From assembly GCA_002449665.1 (NCBI GenBank), contig DJXH01000058.1, positions 12,165-76,164 of the forward strand: a DNA stretch of 64,000 bases, given 5' to 3'. Positions 9,901 through 19,603 of the stretch are shown one piece after another. How positions within the stretch are numbered: position 1 is the first letter of the stretch; every line of letters begins with the position of its first letter. The position numbers and the translations under genes are program-made. The notes beneath the pieces were generated by a model. That model was not told where the DNA came from. It worked only from the letters and a program-made list of their open reading frames with translations, and ran no database searches. The stretch comes from Bacteroidales bacterium UBA7009. GTDB taxonomy: Bacteria > Bacteroidota > Bacteroidia > Bacteroidales > Paludibacteraceae.

Positions 9901-12900
9901 AGAAAACTGGGAAGGCGGCGACCTGTATATCAACCTCGGCGATATAAGCGAAGACATACTGCGCGACGGCAAAAAAGCCTTTGAGCACGGACTTCCGTAT
10001 AACGTACAAGACCGCAATATGTTAGACTCCACCGTCTGGGGATATGTACCCAAGACGACCAGCACCACTATCGCTTTCTCCAACGAAGAGGGGGCAAGAG
10101 AAAGACAGGACGTAGGTCTTAACGGACTGAGTACGGAAGAGGAGTTTGCTTACGAGTACGGCGGCAAACGCCCATACGGAGAGTATGTGGCAGCACTGAG
10201 GCAGAAAATCAACTCCGAGACCCTCCAACGCTGGAACGCCGACCCCTTCTCGCCGCTTAATGACCCTGCCGGCGACAACTTCCACTACTATCGCGGCGAT
10301 GACTGGGACGAACAGGAGACCCCCATACTTCTTCGCTACAAGCACTACAACGGTACGGAGGGCAACTCGCCTGCAAGCAGCGGCAACGAATTGTACGGCA
10401 CAGCCTCTACGCTTACTCCGGATATAGAGGATATTAACCAAGACAACACGCTTAACGAGACGGAAAAATACTATGAGTATCACGTCAGTCTCGACCCGAG
10501 CCTGCTCGACGTTGGTCATCAGCATATTGCTGAGAAACTTGAGACGGAAGTTACCCTGCGCAATGGTCAGACCGTCAAGGTAACTTGGTATCAGTTTAAG
10601 ATACCGGTAAAAGGCAACGATGTAAGAAACGTGGGCGGCATACGCAACTACAAGTCCATACGTTTCATACGTATGTATCTCTCCGGCTGCAAACAGGATA
10701 CTCACCTGCGCTTTGCCACTATGCAACTCGTCAGAGGCGATTGGCGCAACTACACCAAAGGTCTGTATCACAACGTAGCCACCGACCAGTATAACACCAC
10801 CAACCCCGCATCTAACGCCCTGCTTGACGCACAGGCAGTTAACATAGAGGAGAACAACGCAAGAGAACCGGTCAACTATATTCTGCCTCCGGGCATATCC
10901 CGCCAGACCGACCCCGGGCAGGCACAACTCATAGCACAAAACGAGCAGGCACTCGTACTTAAAGTAAACAACCTTGACTACAACGATGCACTTGCCTTGT
11001 ATAAGAACGTTGTCTTTGATATGCGCAACTACAAACGCCTGCAGATGTTCGTCCACGCTGAGGCGGATGCCGCCGACCCCGACAACGAGAAGATACAGGA
11101 CGAAGACCTGAGTTGCTTCATACGCCTCGGTAGCGACCTGAAGAACAACTACTACGAATACGAGGTTCCGCTCTACCTCACGCAGCCCGGTATGTACAAC
11201 AACGACAACGAGTATGACCGACTGAAAGTATGGCCCGTAGCCAACAACATAGACGTACCTCTCACTGCCTTCACCAAAGCCAAGACGGAGCGCAACAAAG
11301 CCAAACGTAGCGGCGACAGGACTGTAGGCAACACCATACCATATATAGTATATGATGTGGACAACGGCAAGCCCGCCAACAAGATAACCATTGTCGGCAA
11401 TCCTACATTGGCAGAGATAGAGACGATAATGATAGGTGTGCGCAACCGCCGCAACACCAAGACCGGCGGTGTAAGCGGCGAGGTGTGGGTAAACGAACTC
11501 AGGCTGTCGGAGTTTAACGAAGAAGGCGGTGTGGCTGCTATGGCAAACGCCTCTCTCGGCATAAGCGACATAGCCAAAGTGAACGTAACGGGACACCTTG
11601 AAACGGCAGGCTACGGCAGCATAGAAAGCAACGTACAGAGCCGCAATATGGACAACATATACCAAGTGGCTGTCAGTGCGGCACTCGAAGGCGGCAGGCT
11701 CTTCCCCGAGCAAGCACAACTGCGCATACCTCTGTATGTAAGTTATACCAAAGACCAACAAAGTCCCAAATACGACCCTGTGGACTCGGATGTAGAACTG
11801 AAAGAGACCCTCGCCACATACAACAACAAGGAGCAGAAAGACTCTGTTCGCCGTGCCACCAATACAACACGCGATGCTATCAGTTTCAGTATTACGAATA
11901 TGAAGGTGGACATTCACTCGAAGAAACGTAATATGTTCTACGACCCTGCCAACTTCAGCATATCGGCTTCATACAGCAAGCAGATGAGCCGCTCGCCAGA
12001 GATGGAGAAAGACCAGACATCAAACCAAAAAGGCTCGTTCAACTACGCATATAGTTTCAACCCCAAGCCGTGGGAGCCGTTCAGCAAGATGGACAAACTC
12101 AAAGACGTGAAGATACTGAGCGAGTTCAACCTCTTCTACCTGCCGCAGTCGTGGGCGTTCTCAACGAACATGAACCGCAACTTCTCTATGCTCCGTATGC
12201 GCGACTACAACACGGCGGACGGCGTGGAAGCAACCATCTCGCAGACACCCACTTTCTCCAAAGACTTTACTTGGGACCGCAATTTCGACTTCAAGTATGA
12301 CCTAACGAAGAATATGAAGTTCACTTTCCGCACGGCAATGAACTCTACCGTGGACGAGGCATACTATACGCCCGAAATAATTCGGGATTATCAGTTCACC
12401 AACGACTACTACGAGGCTTGGCGCGACACAATTATGCGCAGTATGGGTACGTGGGGCTCTCCATATACCTATCAGCAAGTGTTCACCGCTACGTGGAACG
12501 TACCGTTCAACCGCATTCCGTATCTCGACTGCCTCACAGCCAACGCTTCGTATAACGGCACCTACACTTGGAACCGCACTGCCGCCACCACTACACAGCA
12601 AGACCTTGGTAACACCATAGGCAGCACGCGTGCCATACAGGCAGACGGACAGATAAACTTTGAGACCCTATACGGCAAGAGTAACTATTGGAAACAACTC
12701 AACCAACGTATGCAGGCGCGCCAACGCAACAACCGCAAGTTCAAGAGCAAAACGTTCAATCAGACCATCAGCCTCGAAGCCGGTGTACCAAAAGAGATTA
12801 ACCACCGTCTCAACTCCGAACACCTGCAAGTGGTGATAACCGACACTGCCGGACGCACTCTGCCCGTCAAGTATAAGACAGCAGGCAACGGAAAGATTAC

Positions 12901-14434
12901 GCTAACAAGCAAGAACGCCATTGACGGCGTACAGGTAAACATCACAACCCGCGACCCGAACGAGCGCACTGCAGGCGAACAGGCTATGGACTTTGCGGCA
13001 TACTTTGGTACGATGGTACGCCGCCTGCAGGTAACATATCGTTATACCAACTCGCTGACCGTCCCGGGCTTCCGCCCGCAAGTGGGCTTTATGGGACAAA
13101 AGCACGTGGATAACCTCTATGCCCCGGGCTGGGACTTCGCCTTCGGCTTCTTCGATGACAACTTCGTCGAGAAAGCCAAAGACAACGGCTGGCTCGCTTT
13201 GGGTCAGGATGTGGCACAGCCGGCAGGAGCCGCCAACACAAGCGACTTTGATGTCAAACTCACACTTGAACCATTCCCCGGATTTAAGATACAGGTGAAC
13301 GGCAAACGCTACGAAGCACATACAACCTCTCTGCTCTACGGCAGAACGACGGATGAAGATGAGCGATACGTACTGCAACGCAATGCCACCGGCTCGTTTA
13401 ACATCACGGAGGTTGCTATTGCCACAGCCTTTAAGAATATCGGCAAAGCATCGTCTAACTATGCGAGTGAGACTTTCGACCAGTTCCTTATCAACCGCGA
13501 CCTTATGCAGACACGCGTTCAGTCGCGCTACAACTCGCTCGTCTATCCGACAGAAAGCACCTTCATACCCGACTCGCTCGCCGGCAAATCATACAACCCC
13601 GCTCACGGCACTATCAGCCGCAACTCGGCAGACGTACTCATACCGACCTTTATCGCCACATACACGGGCAGGGATATATCAAGTATCAGTTTCAACCCCT
13701 TCCTGAGCATACTGCGCACGATGCCTAACTGGAGCGTAAGTTTTGACGGACTTGGCAAACTGCCGTGGATGCGCGACAACTTCCGCTCCGTAACGCTCAC
13801 TCACGCATACACTTGTAAGTATGCCATAGGTTCGTACAGCACGTTCTCCACTTGGGCCAACGCAGGCAACAAAGACCGCACACTCGGCTTCACACGCGAT
13901 GTAACAACACAACTGCCCGTACCTTCGGCTTCGTTTGATGTATCAACTGTAAGTATGCAAGAGTCGTTCTCCCCGCTGATTGGTATCAATATGACGATGA
14001 AGAACTCGCTCAGCCTCAAAGCCGAATATCGCCAGCAAAGAAACATTGCACTGAACATCACATCCGTACAACTGACCGAAGGACACAGCAAAGAGTTTGT
14101 TATCGGTGCGGGCTACACCATTAAGGACCTGCATTTCACAGCCAAGAAGAAAGACGGCGGTCAGCGCAAAGTGTCCAACGACCTCAAAATCAACGTGGAC
14201 GTAAGTTATAAGAACATCATGACACTGCTGCGCAAAGTGGAAGAGAACATAACACAGGCATCGTCCGGCAATAAAGTGCTTGGTATAAAGATTAGTGCCG
14301 ACTACGTTATCTCGCAGAAAGTCAGTCTGCAACTCTTCTACGACCACCAAGGCACCACGCCGCTTATGTCCAATAGTTATCCAGTCAACTCCGACAATGC
14401 CGGTATCAACATCAAACTGATGCTGACACGCTGA
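6938..14434 (+). CDS. sprA: Type IX secretion system translocon / gliding-motility protein SprA
   Basis: 2498 aa with a signal peptide (MRRLSFIILVLSAALTAKAQT). It has the giant beta-barrel-type composition and sits directly after ruvA, as in other Bacteroidota. TTG start is forced by the in-frame ruvA stop at 6914. Confidence 0.88.
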   Translation: MRRLSFIILVLSAALTAKAQTVADSVQQADTVGRIVAKGLPARDETMQTEVEYQPSTGCYVLRTKIGDAEVATPVLMTAEEYKDYSERKFIQEYWQKKIAEVEHNNEKKFDITDMKFNIGPADKIFGPGGVQLKLQGSAELIFAFKHQFVDNPSLTRRSKNNNVFDFDEKIQANVTGKVGDKLNFNMSYNTEASFSFDQQNVKLGYKGQEDDIIQSLEAGNVSLDLNSQLIRGSKALFGVKTNLKFGKLRVQAVISQQNSDAQKVSSEGGAQMTKFELRADAYDENKHFFLGHYFRDHFEQAMSAMPYVASGINITRIEVWITNRKGVYDQARNIVAFTDLGEQQQDHLLDQGLYQTASDNNLPGNRANLLYDQLLGMGENIRSIHQVTQTLQGVPQWISGEQYEKIESARLLTSSEYTLNAALGFITLRAALNQDEVLAVAYEYTYGGQVYQVGEFSTDKVGNQDEQGNAPTLLLKLLKPANNAPHAHNPMRPGEHYGTWDLMMKNVYALGAQSMSSDKFELYVMYRNDSVGTSLQYLPDGPAKGKQLLRVLNLDKLDSRNNQSPDGRFDYVEGYTAFSSTGRIMFPVLEPFGSHLAAQLGNDPALVSQYCFQELYDSTLVVAQETSEKNKFVLKGKYKGSNGSEIRLNAMNIPRGSVTVTAGGATLVENVDYVVDYTMGVVTVLNQSILDSGTKVDVKLENQSTFSMLRKGLYGAHLEYEFNKDFTIGGTIMYMHERPLTTKVNTGSEPLSNTIWGLNLNYKTEFQWLSNAIDQIPWITATAPSTFEIGAEFAHLIPGHTNDVGKVGTAYLDDFESTTTSIDIHYPNSWFLASTPSDPARAQNGNFYNDALLSDNTAYNSHRAMLSWYTVDPIFGYPQTNTPMHIKNDPEAMSDHRTRIVYEQELYPNKDVLASEDTRMSVLNLSYYPKERGQYNIDAERVNENGELQEPEKNFGAIMRKLDNTDFERANIEYIQFWLMDPRLTNEENWEGGDLYINLGDISEDILRDGKKAFEHGLPYNVQDRNMLDSTVWGYVPKTTSTTIAFSNEEGARERQDVGLNGLSTEEEFAYEYGGKRPYGEYVAALRQKINSETLQRWNADPFSPLNDPAGDNFHYYRGDDWDEQETPILLRYKHYNGTEGNSPASSGNELYGTASTLTPDIEDINQDNTLNETEKYYEYHVSLDPSLLDVGHQHIAEKLETEVTLRNGQTVKVTWYQFKIPVKGNDVRNVGGIRNYKSIRFIRMYLSGCKQDTHLRFATMQLVRGDWRNYTKGLYHNVATDQYNTTNPASNALLDAQAVNIEENNAREPVNYILPPGISRQTDPGQAQLIAQNEQALVLKVNNLDYNDALALYKNVVFDMRNYKRLQMFVHAEADAADPDNEKIQDEDLSCFIRLGSDLKNNYYEYEVPLYLTQPGMYNNDNEYDRLKVWPVANNIDVPLTAFTKAKTERNKAKRSGDRTVGNTIPYIVYDVDNGKPANKITIVGNPTLAEIETIMIGVRNRRNTKTGGVSGEVWVNELRLSEFNEEGGVAAMANASLGISDIAKVNVTGHLETAGYGSIESNVQSRNMDNIYQVAVSAALEGGRLFPEQAQLRIPLYVSYTKDQQSPKYDPVDSDVELKETLATYNNKEQKDSVRRATNTTRDAISFSITNMKVDIHSKKRNMFYDPANFSISASYSKQMSRSPEMEKDQTSNQKGSFNYAYSFNPKPWEPFSKMDKLKDVKILSEFNLFYLPQSWAFSTNMNRNFSMLRMRDYNTADGVEATISQTPTFSKDFTWDRNFDFKYDLTKNMKFTFRTAMNSTVDEAYYTPEIIRDYQFTNDYYEAWRDTIMRSMGTWGSPYTYQQVFTATWNVPFNRIPYLDCLTANASYNGTYTWNRTAATTTQQDLGNTIGSTRAIQADGQINFETLYGKSNYWKQLNQRMQARQRNNRKFKSKTFNQTISLEAGVPKEINHRLNSEHLQVVITDTAGRTLPVKYKTAGNGKITLTSKNAIDGVQVNITTRDPNERTAGEQAMDFAAYFGTMVRRLQVTYRYTNSLTVPGFRPQVGFMGQKHVDNLYAPGWDFAFGFFDDNFVEKAKDNGWLALGQDVAQPAGAANTSDFDVKLTLEPFPGFKIQVNGKRYEAHTTSLLYGRTTDEDERYVLQRNATGSFNITEVAIATAFKNIGKASSNYASETFDQFLINRDLMQTRVQSRYNSLVYPTESTFIPDSLAGKSYNPAHGTISRNSADVLIPTFIATYTGRDISSISFNPFLSILRTMPNWSVSFDGLGKLPWMRDNFRSVTLTHAYTCKYAIGSYSTFSTWANAGNKDRTLGFTRDVTTQLPVPSASFDVSTVSMQESFSPLIGINMTMKNSLSLKAEYRQQRNIALNITSVQLTEGHSKEFVIGAGYTIKDLHFTAKKKDGGQRKVSNDLKINVDVSYKNIMTLLRKVEENITQASSGNKVLGIKISADYVISQKVSLQLFYDHQGTTPLMSNSYPVNSDNAGINIKLMLTR

Positions 14435-14453
14435 TAAAAAGAGTAAAAACACT

Positions 14454-14960
14454 ATGCGTATCGTTCTTATCGGACCGGAATCAACTGGCAAATCAACGCT
14501 GTGCAAACACCTTGCACAGCGTTTTTCAGGTATCTGCATAGACGAGTATGCCCGCACATACACGGAGCAACTGCAACGACCATATACATACGAAGATGTG
14601 GAACTGATTGCCCGCAAGCAGGCGGAACAACTATCGGCAGACTACGGCACACGCATAGTATTTTTCGACACCGACCTTATCATCACCAAAGTGTGGTTTG
14701 AGGTCAAATACGACAAATGCCCATTGTGGGTCATAGAGGCAATGGAAAAATACAGACCGGATGCATATTTGGTTTGTATGCCGGACATAAAGTTTGAAGA
14801 CGACCCTGTAAGAGAGAACGGCAACAGGAGAGAGGAACTGCTACGGCTGTACATATACGAGATTCAGCGGCTTGGCGTACCCTATTATATTGTAAGCGGA
14901 CAAGGGGACAAACGCACGGATAATGCAATAAAAATTGTGAAAGATATTGCACGATTATAA
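14454..14960 (+). CDS. AAA_28/NadR-C-like ATPase (putative ribosylnicotinamide kinase-type P-loop protein)
   Basis: P-loop LIGPESTGKSTL, then IDEYAR...FFDTDLIITKVW, typical of the NadR kinase domain family. 168 aa. Confidence 0.7.
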   Translation: MRIVLIGPESTGKSTLCKHLAQRFSGICIDEYARTYTEQLQRPYTYEDVELIARKQAEQLSADYGTRIVFFDTDLIITKVWFEVKYDKCPLWVIEAMEKYRPDAYLVCMPDIKFEDDPVRENGNRREELLRLYIYEIQRLGVPYYIVSGQGDKRTDNAIKIVKDIARL

Positions 14961-14977
14961 ATCTATCACTACCTTTG
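14946..14977 (+). promoter_or_regulatory. Putative promoter of rpe (-33 ATTG, -7 TACCTTTG), consistent with a leaderless or near-leaderless mRNA
   Basis: TACCTTTG at 14970-14977 ends only 4 nt before the rpe ATG at 14982. A TTG lies 20 nt upstream. Confidence 0.45.
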
Positions 14978-14981
14978 CGGT

Positions 14982-15629
14982 ATGAAACAGATAGCACCTT
15001 CAGTATTGTCAGCCGACTTCGGCAACCTTAAAGACGAGATAGAACGTATCAACAACAGCGAAGCAGACTTGCTTCACGTGGATGTGATGGACGGAGTGTT
15101 CGTACCGAATATATCTTTCGGCTTTCCGCTAATGAAACCGATGAAAAAATACTCCACCAAGCCTCTTGATGTACATCTTATGATTGTTCATCCCGAAAAA
15201 TACGTTGAGCGTTTTTGCGATGCGGGTGCTTGGAGCGTAGGGTTCCACCTTGAAGCCACCGACGATCCTATGCCCGCCATCCAACTCATCCGTAATAAGG
15301 GAGTACGTACTTGCCTGACAATCAACCCTGACATCGCTCTTGAAAGGCTGATACCGTATATAGGCGAGGTGGATATGATTCTGCTGATGTCGGTTTTTGC
15401 AGGGTTCGGCGGACAGAGTTTTATCCCCGAGACACTCGACCGCATACGTACAATGCGCCAAGCCATTGACAGCCGCAGACTGAAAACACTGATTGAAGTG
15501 GACGGAGGTATCAACACCAAGAACGCCGGAGAGGTGTTTGCTGCCGGTGCGGACGTACTGGTGGCAGGCAGTGCAGTCTTCGGTGCTAAAAATCCGCAAG
15601 AAGCAATACATAAAATGAAAAATGGCTGA
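14982..15629 (+). CDS. rpe: Ribulose-phosphate 3-epimerase
   Basis: IAPSVLSADFGNL...LHVDVMDGVFVPNISFG...VDGGIN... are canonical Rpe motifs. Confidence 0.95.
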   Translation: MKQIAPSVLSADFGNLKDEIERINNSEADLLHVDVMDGVFVPNISFGFPLMKPMKKYSTKPLDVHLMIVHPEKYVERFCDAGAWSVGFHLEATDDPMPAIQLIRNKGVRTCLTINPDIALERLIPYIGEVDMILLMSVFAGFGGQSFIPETLDRIRTMRQAIDSRRLKTLIEVDGGINTKNAGEVFAAGADVLVAGSAVFGAKNPQEAIHKMKNG

Positions 15630-16998
15630 TTTTCTGCGCCGTACTCCTATGCTGTGGCTGTTCTTGCCACAGGTTATCATTATCCTTATATCACACTATA
15701 CGGGCAGTCCGCTACGGCTATATAAAGATACGGATATATCTTTCCCTGACTCTATGCAGACCTACCGTGCTGTGCTTCACGATTACCCTAAGGAACGCAG
15801 AAAGACGATGCTCTATACAGCCGAGGTGTTGCCCGACAGACATAAAGTGCTACTGTATCTACTCAAAGACTCATCCCGAATTTTGCCTTCATATCTTGAC
15901 ACCATTTGGGTGAAAACCACTTGGAAACAGCCGGAAAAAATAGGCGCATTCGACTATGCTGCCTACCTTCGCCGCGAAGGTATTGCCGCCACAGGCTATG
16001 CCAACTCACGGCATTGGCAAACACAGGGTAAAGCCGACACTACCCTATTCTCTTTTGAGCGACTGCGGCACCGATTGATACGCCGACTTGAAACGAGACT
16101 TACCGATCGCGAGGCAGGCACTGTTGCCGCTATGACACTCGGATATAAACATAATATGGACTATGACTTGCGGCAGAGTTTTCAGCGTTCCGGCGCAGCA
16201 CACGTGCTTGCCGTGAGCGGACTGCATACCGGTCTTATCTATACTGTTTTGATTTGGCTACTCACTCTCGGCGGACTGTATCCTCCGCTGTACGATGAGC
16301 GGTGGCGGCAAGTGGTACAAGGTGCGGTTATAATCGCCGGTCTTGCTTTTTATGCGGCTCTTACAGGGTTTAGTCCGTCGGTATGCCGCGCAGCGGTGAT
16401 GTTCAGTTTGGCGCAGATAGCGATAATGGTCAGGCGGCAGCCTTTCTCTTTTAATACACTATTCGCCGCGGCGTTTCTTATCTTATGTTTCCGCCCGAGA
16501 GACCTGTTTTCCGTCAGTTTTCAACTCAGTTTTGCCGCTGTGGCAGGCATATTGGCTCTTGAGCCCGTTCTAAGCCGACTACTCCCCATCACCACTCCCG
16601 GAATACGACTAAAAAAAACACTGAGTTATATACGCTCGCTCTTTACCGTTTCTCTTGCCGCGCAGATAAGCACACTGCCGATCTCGCTTTACTATTTCTC
16701 GCAGACAAGCAATATCTTTCTTCTGACCAACATAGTAGTGCTGCCGCTTGTATCTCTATTGGTTATGTTTACGTTTGCGTATTTCTTGCTCTACTACATA
16801 CCCTACATAGGGGATATAACAGCAACCGTTTTAGGCAAACTGACTGACACTCTAAACTCATACGTAACATATATGGAACACCTTCCACACGCTTTCACCG
16901 AGGCTGTACTCACTCTGCCGCAGATGATTGCGCTGTACGTAATAATAATCTTTTTTATATGGATTTTGAGACGAACAACACAAAACAGTATTCGCTGA
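15622..16998 (+). CDS. comEC: ComEC/Rec2-family membrane protein (competence-domain only, no metallo-beta-lactamase domain)
   Basis: Polytopic membrane protein with the SGAAHVLAVSGLHTGLI competence-domain motif. At 458 aa it is too short to contain the C-terminal MBL domain. It overlaps rpe by 8 nt. Confidence 0.8.
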   Translation: MADFLRRTPMLWLFLPQVIIILISHYTGSPLRLYKDTDISFPDSMQTYRAVLHDYPKERRKTMLYTAEVLPDRHKVLLYLLKDSSRILPSYLDTIWVKTTWKQPEKIGAFDYAAYLRREGIAATGYANSRHWQTQGKADTTLFSFERLRHRLIRRLETRLTDREAGTVAAMTLGYKHNMDYDLRQSFQRSGAAHVLAVSGLHTGLIYTVLIWLLTLGGLYPPLYDERWRQVVQGAVIIAGLAFYAALTGFSPSVCRAAVMFSLAQIAIMVRRQPFSFNTLFAAAFLILCFRPRDLFSVSFQLSFAAVAGILALEPVLSRLLPITTPGIRLKKTLSYIRSLFTVSLAAQISTLPISLYYFSQTSNIFLLTNIVVLPLVSLLVMFTFAYFLLYYIPYIGDITATVLGKLTDTLNSYVTYMEHLPHAFTEAVLTLPQMIALYVIIIFFIWILRRTTQNSIR

Positions 16999-18080
16999 GC
17001 GAACTTGCAGGTTTGGTGCAGGGCGCACTGAGTTTTATATCCGACAACACCTACTGGGTAAGGGCGGAGATTGCCTCCGTATCTTCGCGCAGCGGACACG
17101 GATATTTTGAACTCGTGGAACGCACCGACAACGGACTTGCAGCCAAGATGCGTGCCACCTGCTGGAGCAATATCTACGCTATGCTCTCGGCATACTTTGC
17201 GGAGCAGACCGGCAAAACTCTTCAAACAGGTATGCAAGTGCTTGTTGAAGTGGAGATTAACTTTCACTCCGTGTATGGCTTGAGCCTTAACATACGCAAC
17301 ATCGACCCTCGCTTTACCCTCGGCGAGATGGCTCGACAAAGGCAGATGACCATCAACAGGCTGCAAGCGGAAGGTGCATTTGAACTCCAACAACAGCACA
17401 TTCTACCTACTGCCATTCAGCGTATTGCGGTCATCTCCGCACAAGAAGCCGCCGGATGGGGCGACTTTGCCGACCAACTGCGACAGTCAGGGTATAAGTT
17501 CACCACCAAACTCTTCCCTGCCATTATGCAAGGCGAACGAGCCGAAAAAAGCATACTGCAAGCACTTGACACCATTGCAGCAGAAAAAGACAATTTCGAT
17601 GTAGTAGTGATTATTCGCGGCGGCGGAGCAACCACCGACCTCAGTTGCTTTGACAGTTATGAAATAGCAAAAGCCTGTGCCTTGTTTCCTCTGCCAATAC
17701 TGACCGGCATCGGACACACGCGCGATGTGAGCATACTCGATATGGTGGCGTATATGCCGCTTAAAACACCGACGGCAGTGGCTGCTTTCTTCGTTAGCCG
17801 GATAGATAGTCTGATAGAGCGAGTCACTCGCATCAGACAACGACTCAAACAAGTGGGCGAAAAGCAGATAATGCTGCGCCGACACAAGATTGAACTGCTG
17901 CGGCAACGACTTACAAGTTGCTCACCCGAACGCATCTACCGCTTGGGCTACTCACTCGTTACGATTGACGGACAAGCGGTGCGCTCCGTAGAAGACCTGC
18001 AACGCGGACAAAAGATAGTAACCCACTTCATAGACGGCAAGGCAACGGCAATAGTAGAAGAGACACAAAGCGCAAATTAA
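16959..18080 (+). CDS. xseA: Exodeoxyribonuclease VII large subunit
   Basis: N-terminal OB fold (YSLSELAGLVQGAL...YWVRAEIASVS), catalytic core (IAVISAQEAAGWGDF...VIIRGGGATTDLSCFD...PILTGIGHTRDVSILD). It overlaps comEC by 40 nt. Confidence 0.9.
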   Translation: MDFETNNTKQYSLSELAGLVQGALSFISDNTYWVRAEIASVSSRSGHGYFELVERTDNGLAAKMRATCWSNIYAMLSAYFAEQTGKTLQTGMQVLVEVEINFHSVYGLSLNIRNIDPRFTLGEMARQRQMTINRLQAEGAFELQQQHILPTAIQRIAVISAQEAAGWGDFADQLRQSGYKFTTKLFPAIMQGERAEKSILQALDTIAAEKDNFDVVVIIRGGGATTDLSCFDSYEIAKACALFPLPILTGIGHTRDVSILDMVAYMPLKTPTAVAAFFVSRIDSLIERVTRIRQRLKQVGEKQIMLRRHKIELLRQRLTSCSPERIYRLGYSLVTIDGQAVRSVEDLQRGQKIVTHFIDGKATAIVEETQSAN

Positions 18081-18085
18081 GCAAA

Positions 18086-18943
18086 ATGAAGCAAAAACGA
18101 CCGATAATAAGCATAAAACAGATAGTGGGAGCAGTCGTACTATTGGCGATGATAGCATCCATAGAGGTGTTTATACACTGCTTGCCCAAACCGGATATAA
18201 GTGAAGCCGAGCATCCGCAAGACAGCATAACATACACTAAACCTATTAAATACAAAAGAGATACTGTTGTCATTCGTCTTCGCCACTTCAACCCCAATAC
18301 CGCCGACAGCACCACACTGCTCGAACTCGGACTAAAACCGTGGCAAGTGCGCAATATGCTCAAATACAGAGCCAAGAAAGGCGTATATCGCAAGAAAGAA
18401 GACCTCAAACGGCTGTATGGTATGACCGACAGCATATATAACACTCTCGAACCGTATATAGACATTCCGCCTGCCGACAGCATACGTAAAGACACACTGC
18501 AAACAGACAGTATAATCAAGCAGTATATAAGTCGCAAAAAAGACACCATAATAGAACTCAATAGTGCCGACACGGCTCTGCTGCAAGTGATACGCGGGAT
18601 AGGCAAATATACAGCTGTCAAGATAGTGCGCTACCGCAATCAATTAGGCGGGTACTACTCTACCGAACAACTGCGTGAGATAGAACAGACAGAAAAGATT
18701 GAGTGGGATTCCGTTATTCCGCATTTCATACTGAACACCGACTCCGTGAAGCGCATACGGGTAAATTACGCATCTATCGATGCTCTGCAAAGACACCCGT
18801 ATATATCATTCACACAAGCCAAAGCCCTATACACTCAACGCCGACGACAGATAAGGCTGACAAGTATAGGTGAACTTAAATCACTGCCGTTTACAGACAG
18901 CGAAATAGAAAAGATAGAACCATATCTTGACTTCAGCCGATAG
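18086..18943 (+). CDS. ComEA-like helix-hairpin-helix DNA-binding protein (N-terminal membrane anchor, three HhH units)
   Basis: N-terminal TM segment, then three ComEA-type units, for example ELNSADTALLQVIRGIGKYTAVKIVRYRNQLGGYYSTEQLREI. Confidence 0.7.
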   Translation: MKQKRPIISIKQIVGAVVLLAMIASIEVFIHCLPKPDISEAEHPQDSITYTKPIKYKRDTVVIRLRHFNPNTADSTTLLELGLKPWQVRNMLKYRAKKGVYRKKEDLKRLYGMTDSIYNTLEPYIDIPPADSIRKDTLQTDSIIKQYISRKKDTIIELNSADTALLQVIRGIGKYTAVKIVRYRNQLGGYYSTEQLREIEQTEKIEWDSVIPHFILNTDSVKRIRVNYASIDALQRHPYISFTQAKALYTQRRRQIRLTSIGELKSLPFTDSEIEKIEPYLDFSR

Positions 18944-18948
18944 AGCAA

Positions 18949-19545
18949 CTAATAAACAGAGGGTGCCTGCACCTCGGCACTCAAAAGACAAAGCACTACA
19001 AAAATGCCGAAAAGCGTCAGATACAGATAGCGCACATATTTCCATATGCGCGATGTAAGCCAAGCGGAATGATAAGGGAAATAAAACGGCAAAAGCGACA
19101 GTCCGACACCTATAAGTGCCACTAAAACAGGTATAAACCAAAAGGTTTTCAATTCCCAATCAAGCACAGTCATAACACTCATTGTGGCAGATACGGCACA
19201 GGCTGTATTGAGCAACATACCGGCATTCCCATCGTAAAATCTGTACAAGAAATGTACGCGCCTGACTAAAATCCATATTACAAACAAGGCACCTAATAAG
19301 ACTGCAAATGCAAGTTCCGACAAGGTCTTGTCCCAATAGTGCCCGCCGAAAGACATTGTATTATTGAGCGCGCGGTTGTAGTCGAGATAGACATAGACGA
19401 GGCTCTCCTGCTCATTGGCAGCACGCAGTCCCTGTTCGTGCATAGTACTGTCTTCAAGTATCTCCTGCATATAAGCATCGTTGCAGCAGGCAGACAGACA
19501 AAACGCGAAAAAGAACACCACACCGAACAACCGTATTGTTTTCAT
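18949..19545 (-). CDS. Hypothetical membrane lipoprotein
   Basis: Internal ATG gives MKTIRLFGVVFFFAFCLSAC with lipobox LSAC. Several TM segments follow. No recognisable family. Confidence 0.5.
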   Translation of the reverse strand: MKTIRLFGVVFFFAFCLSACCNDAYMQEILEDSTMHEQGLRAANEQESLVYVYLDYNRALNNTMSFGGHYWDKTLSELAFAVLLGALFVIWILVRRVHFLYRFYDGNAGMLLNTACAVSATMSVMTVLDWELKTFWFIPVLVALIGVGLSLLPFYFPYHSAWLTSRIWKYVRYLYLTLFGIFVVLCLLSAEVQAPSVY

Positions 19546-19603
19546 ACAGTTTGCTCGGCGCGGTGCAATATAATCAAAGTCGGTTATCATCTACCGGAGT
19601 ATA

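Noticed and set aside
10022-11917. A 631-aa ORF on the minus strand inside sprA. Similar long antisense ORFs occur at 30258-31457, 35973-37004, 38598-39737, 52806-53681, 61281-62285 and 62610-63479.
   Set aside because: All lie entirely antisense to genes with clear family signatures. Their translations are low-complexity (rich in V, G, R, C and H) with no motifs, and they have no promoter boxes. They are typical shadow ORFs produced by the codon bias of the opposite strand.
18944-18948. A search for terminator hairpins between the convergent gene pairs at 18943/18949 and 43706/43740.
   Set aside because: The gaps are only 5 and 33 nt, and I could fold only weak, mismatched stems. No convincing intrinsic terminator can be called from the sequence.
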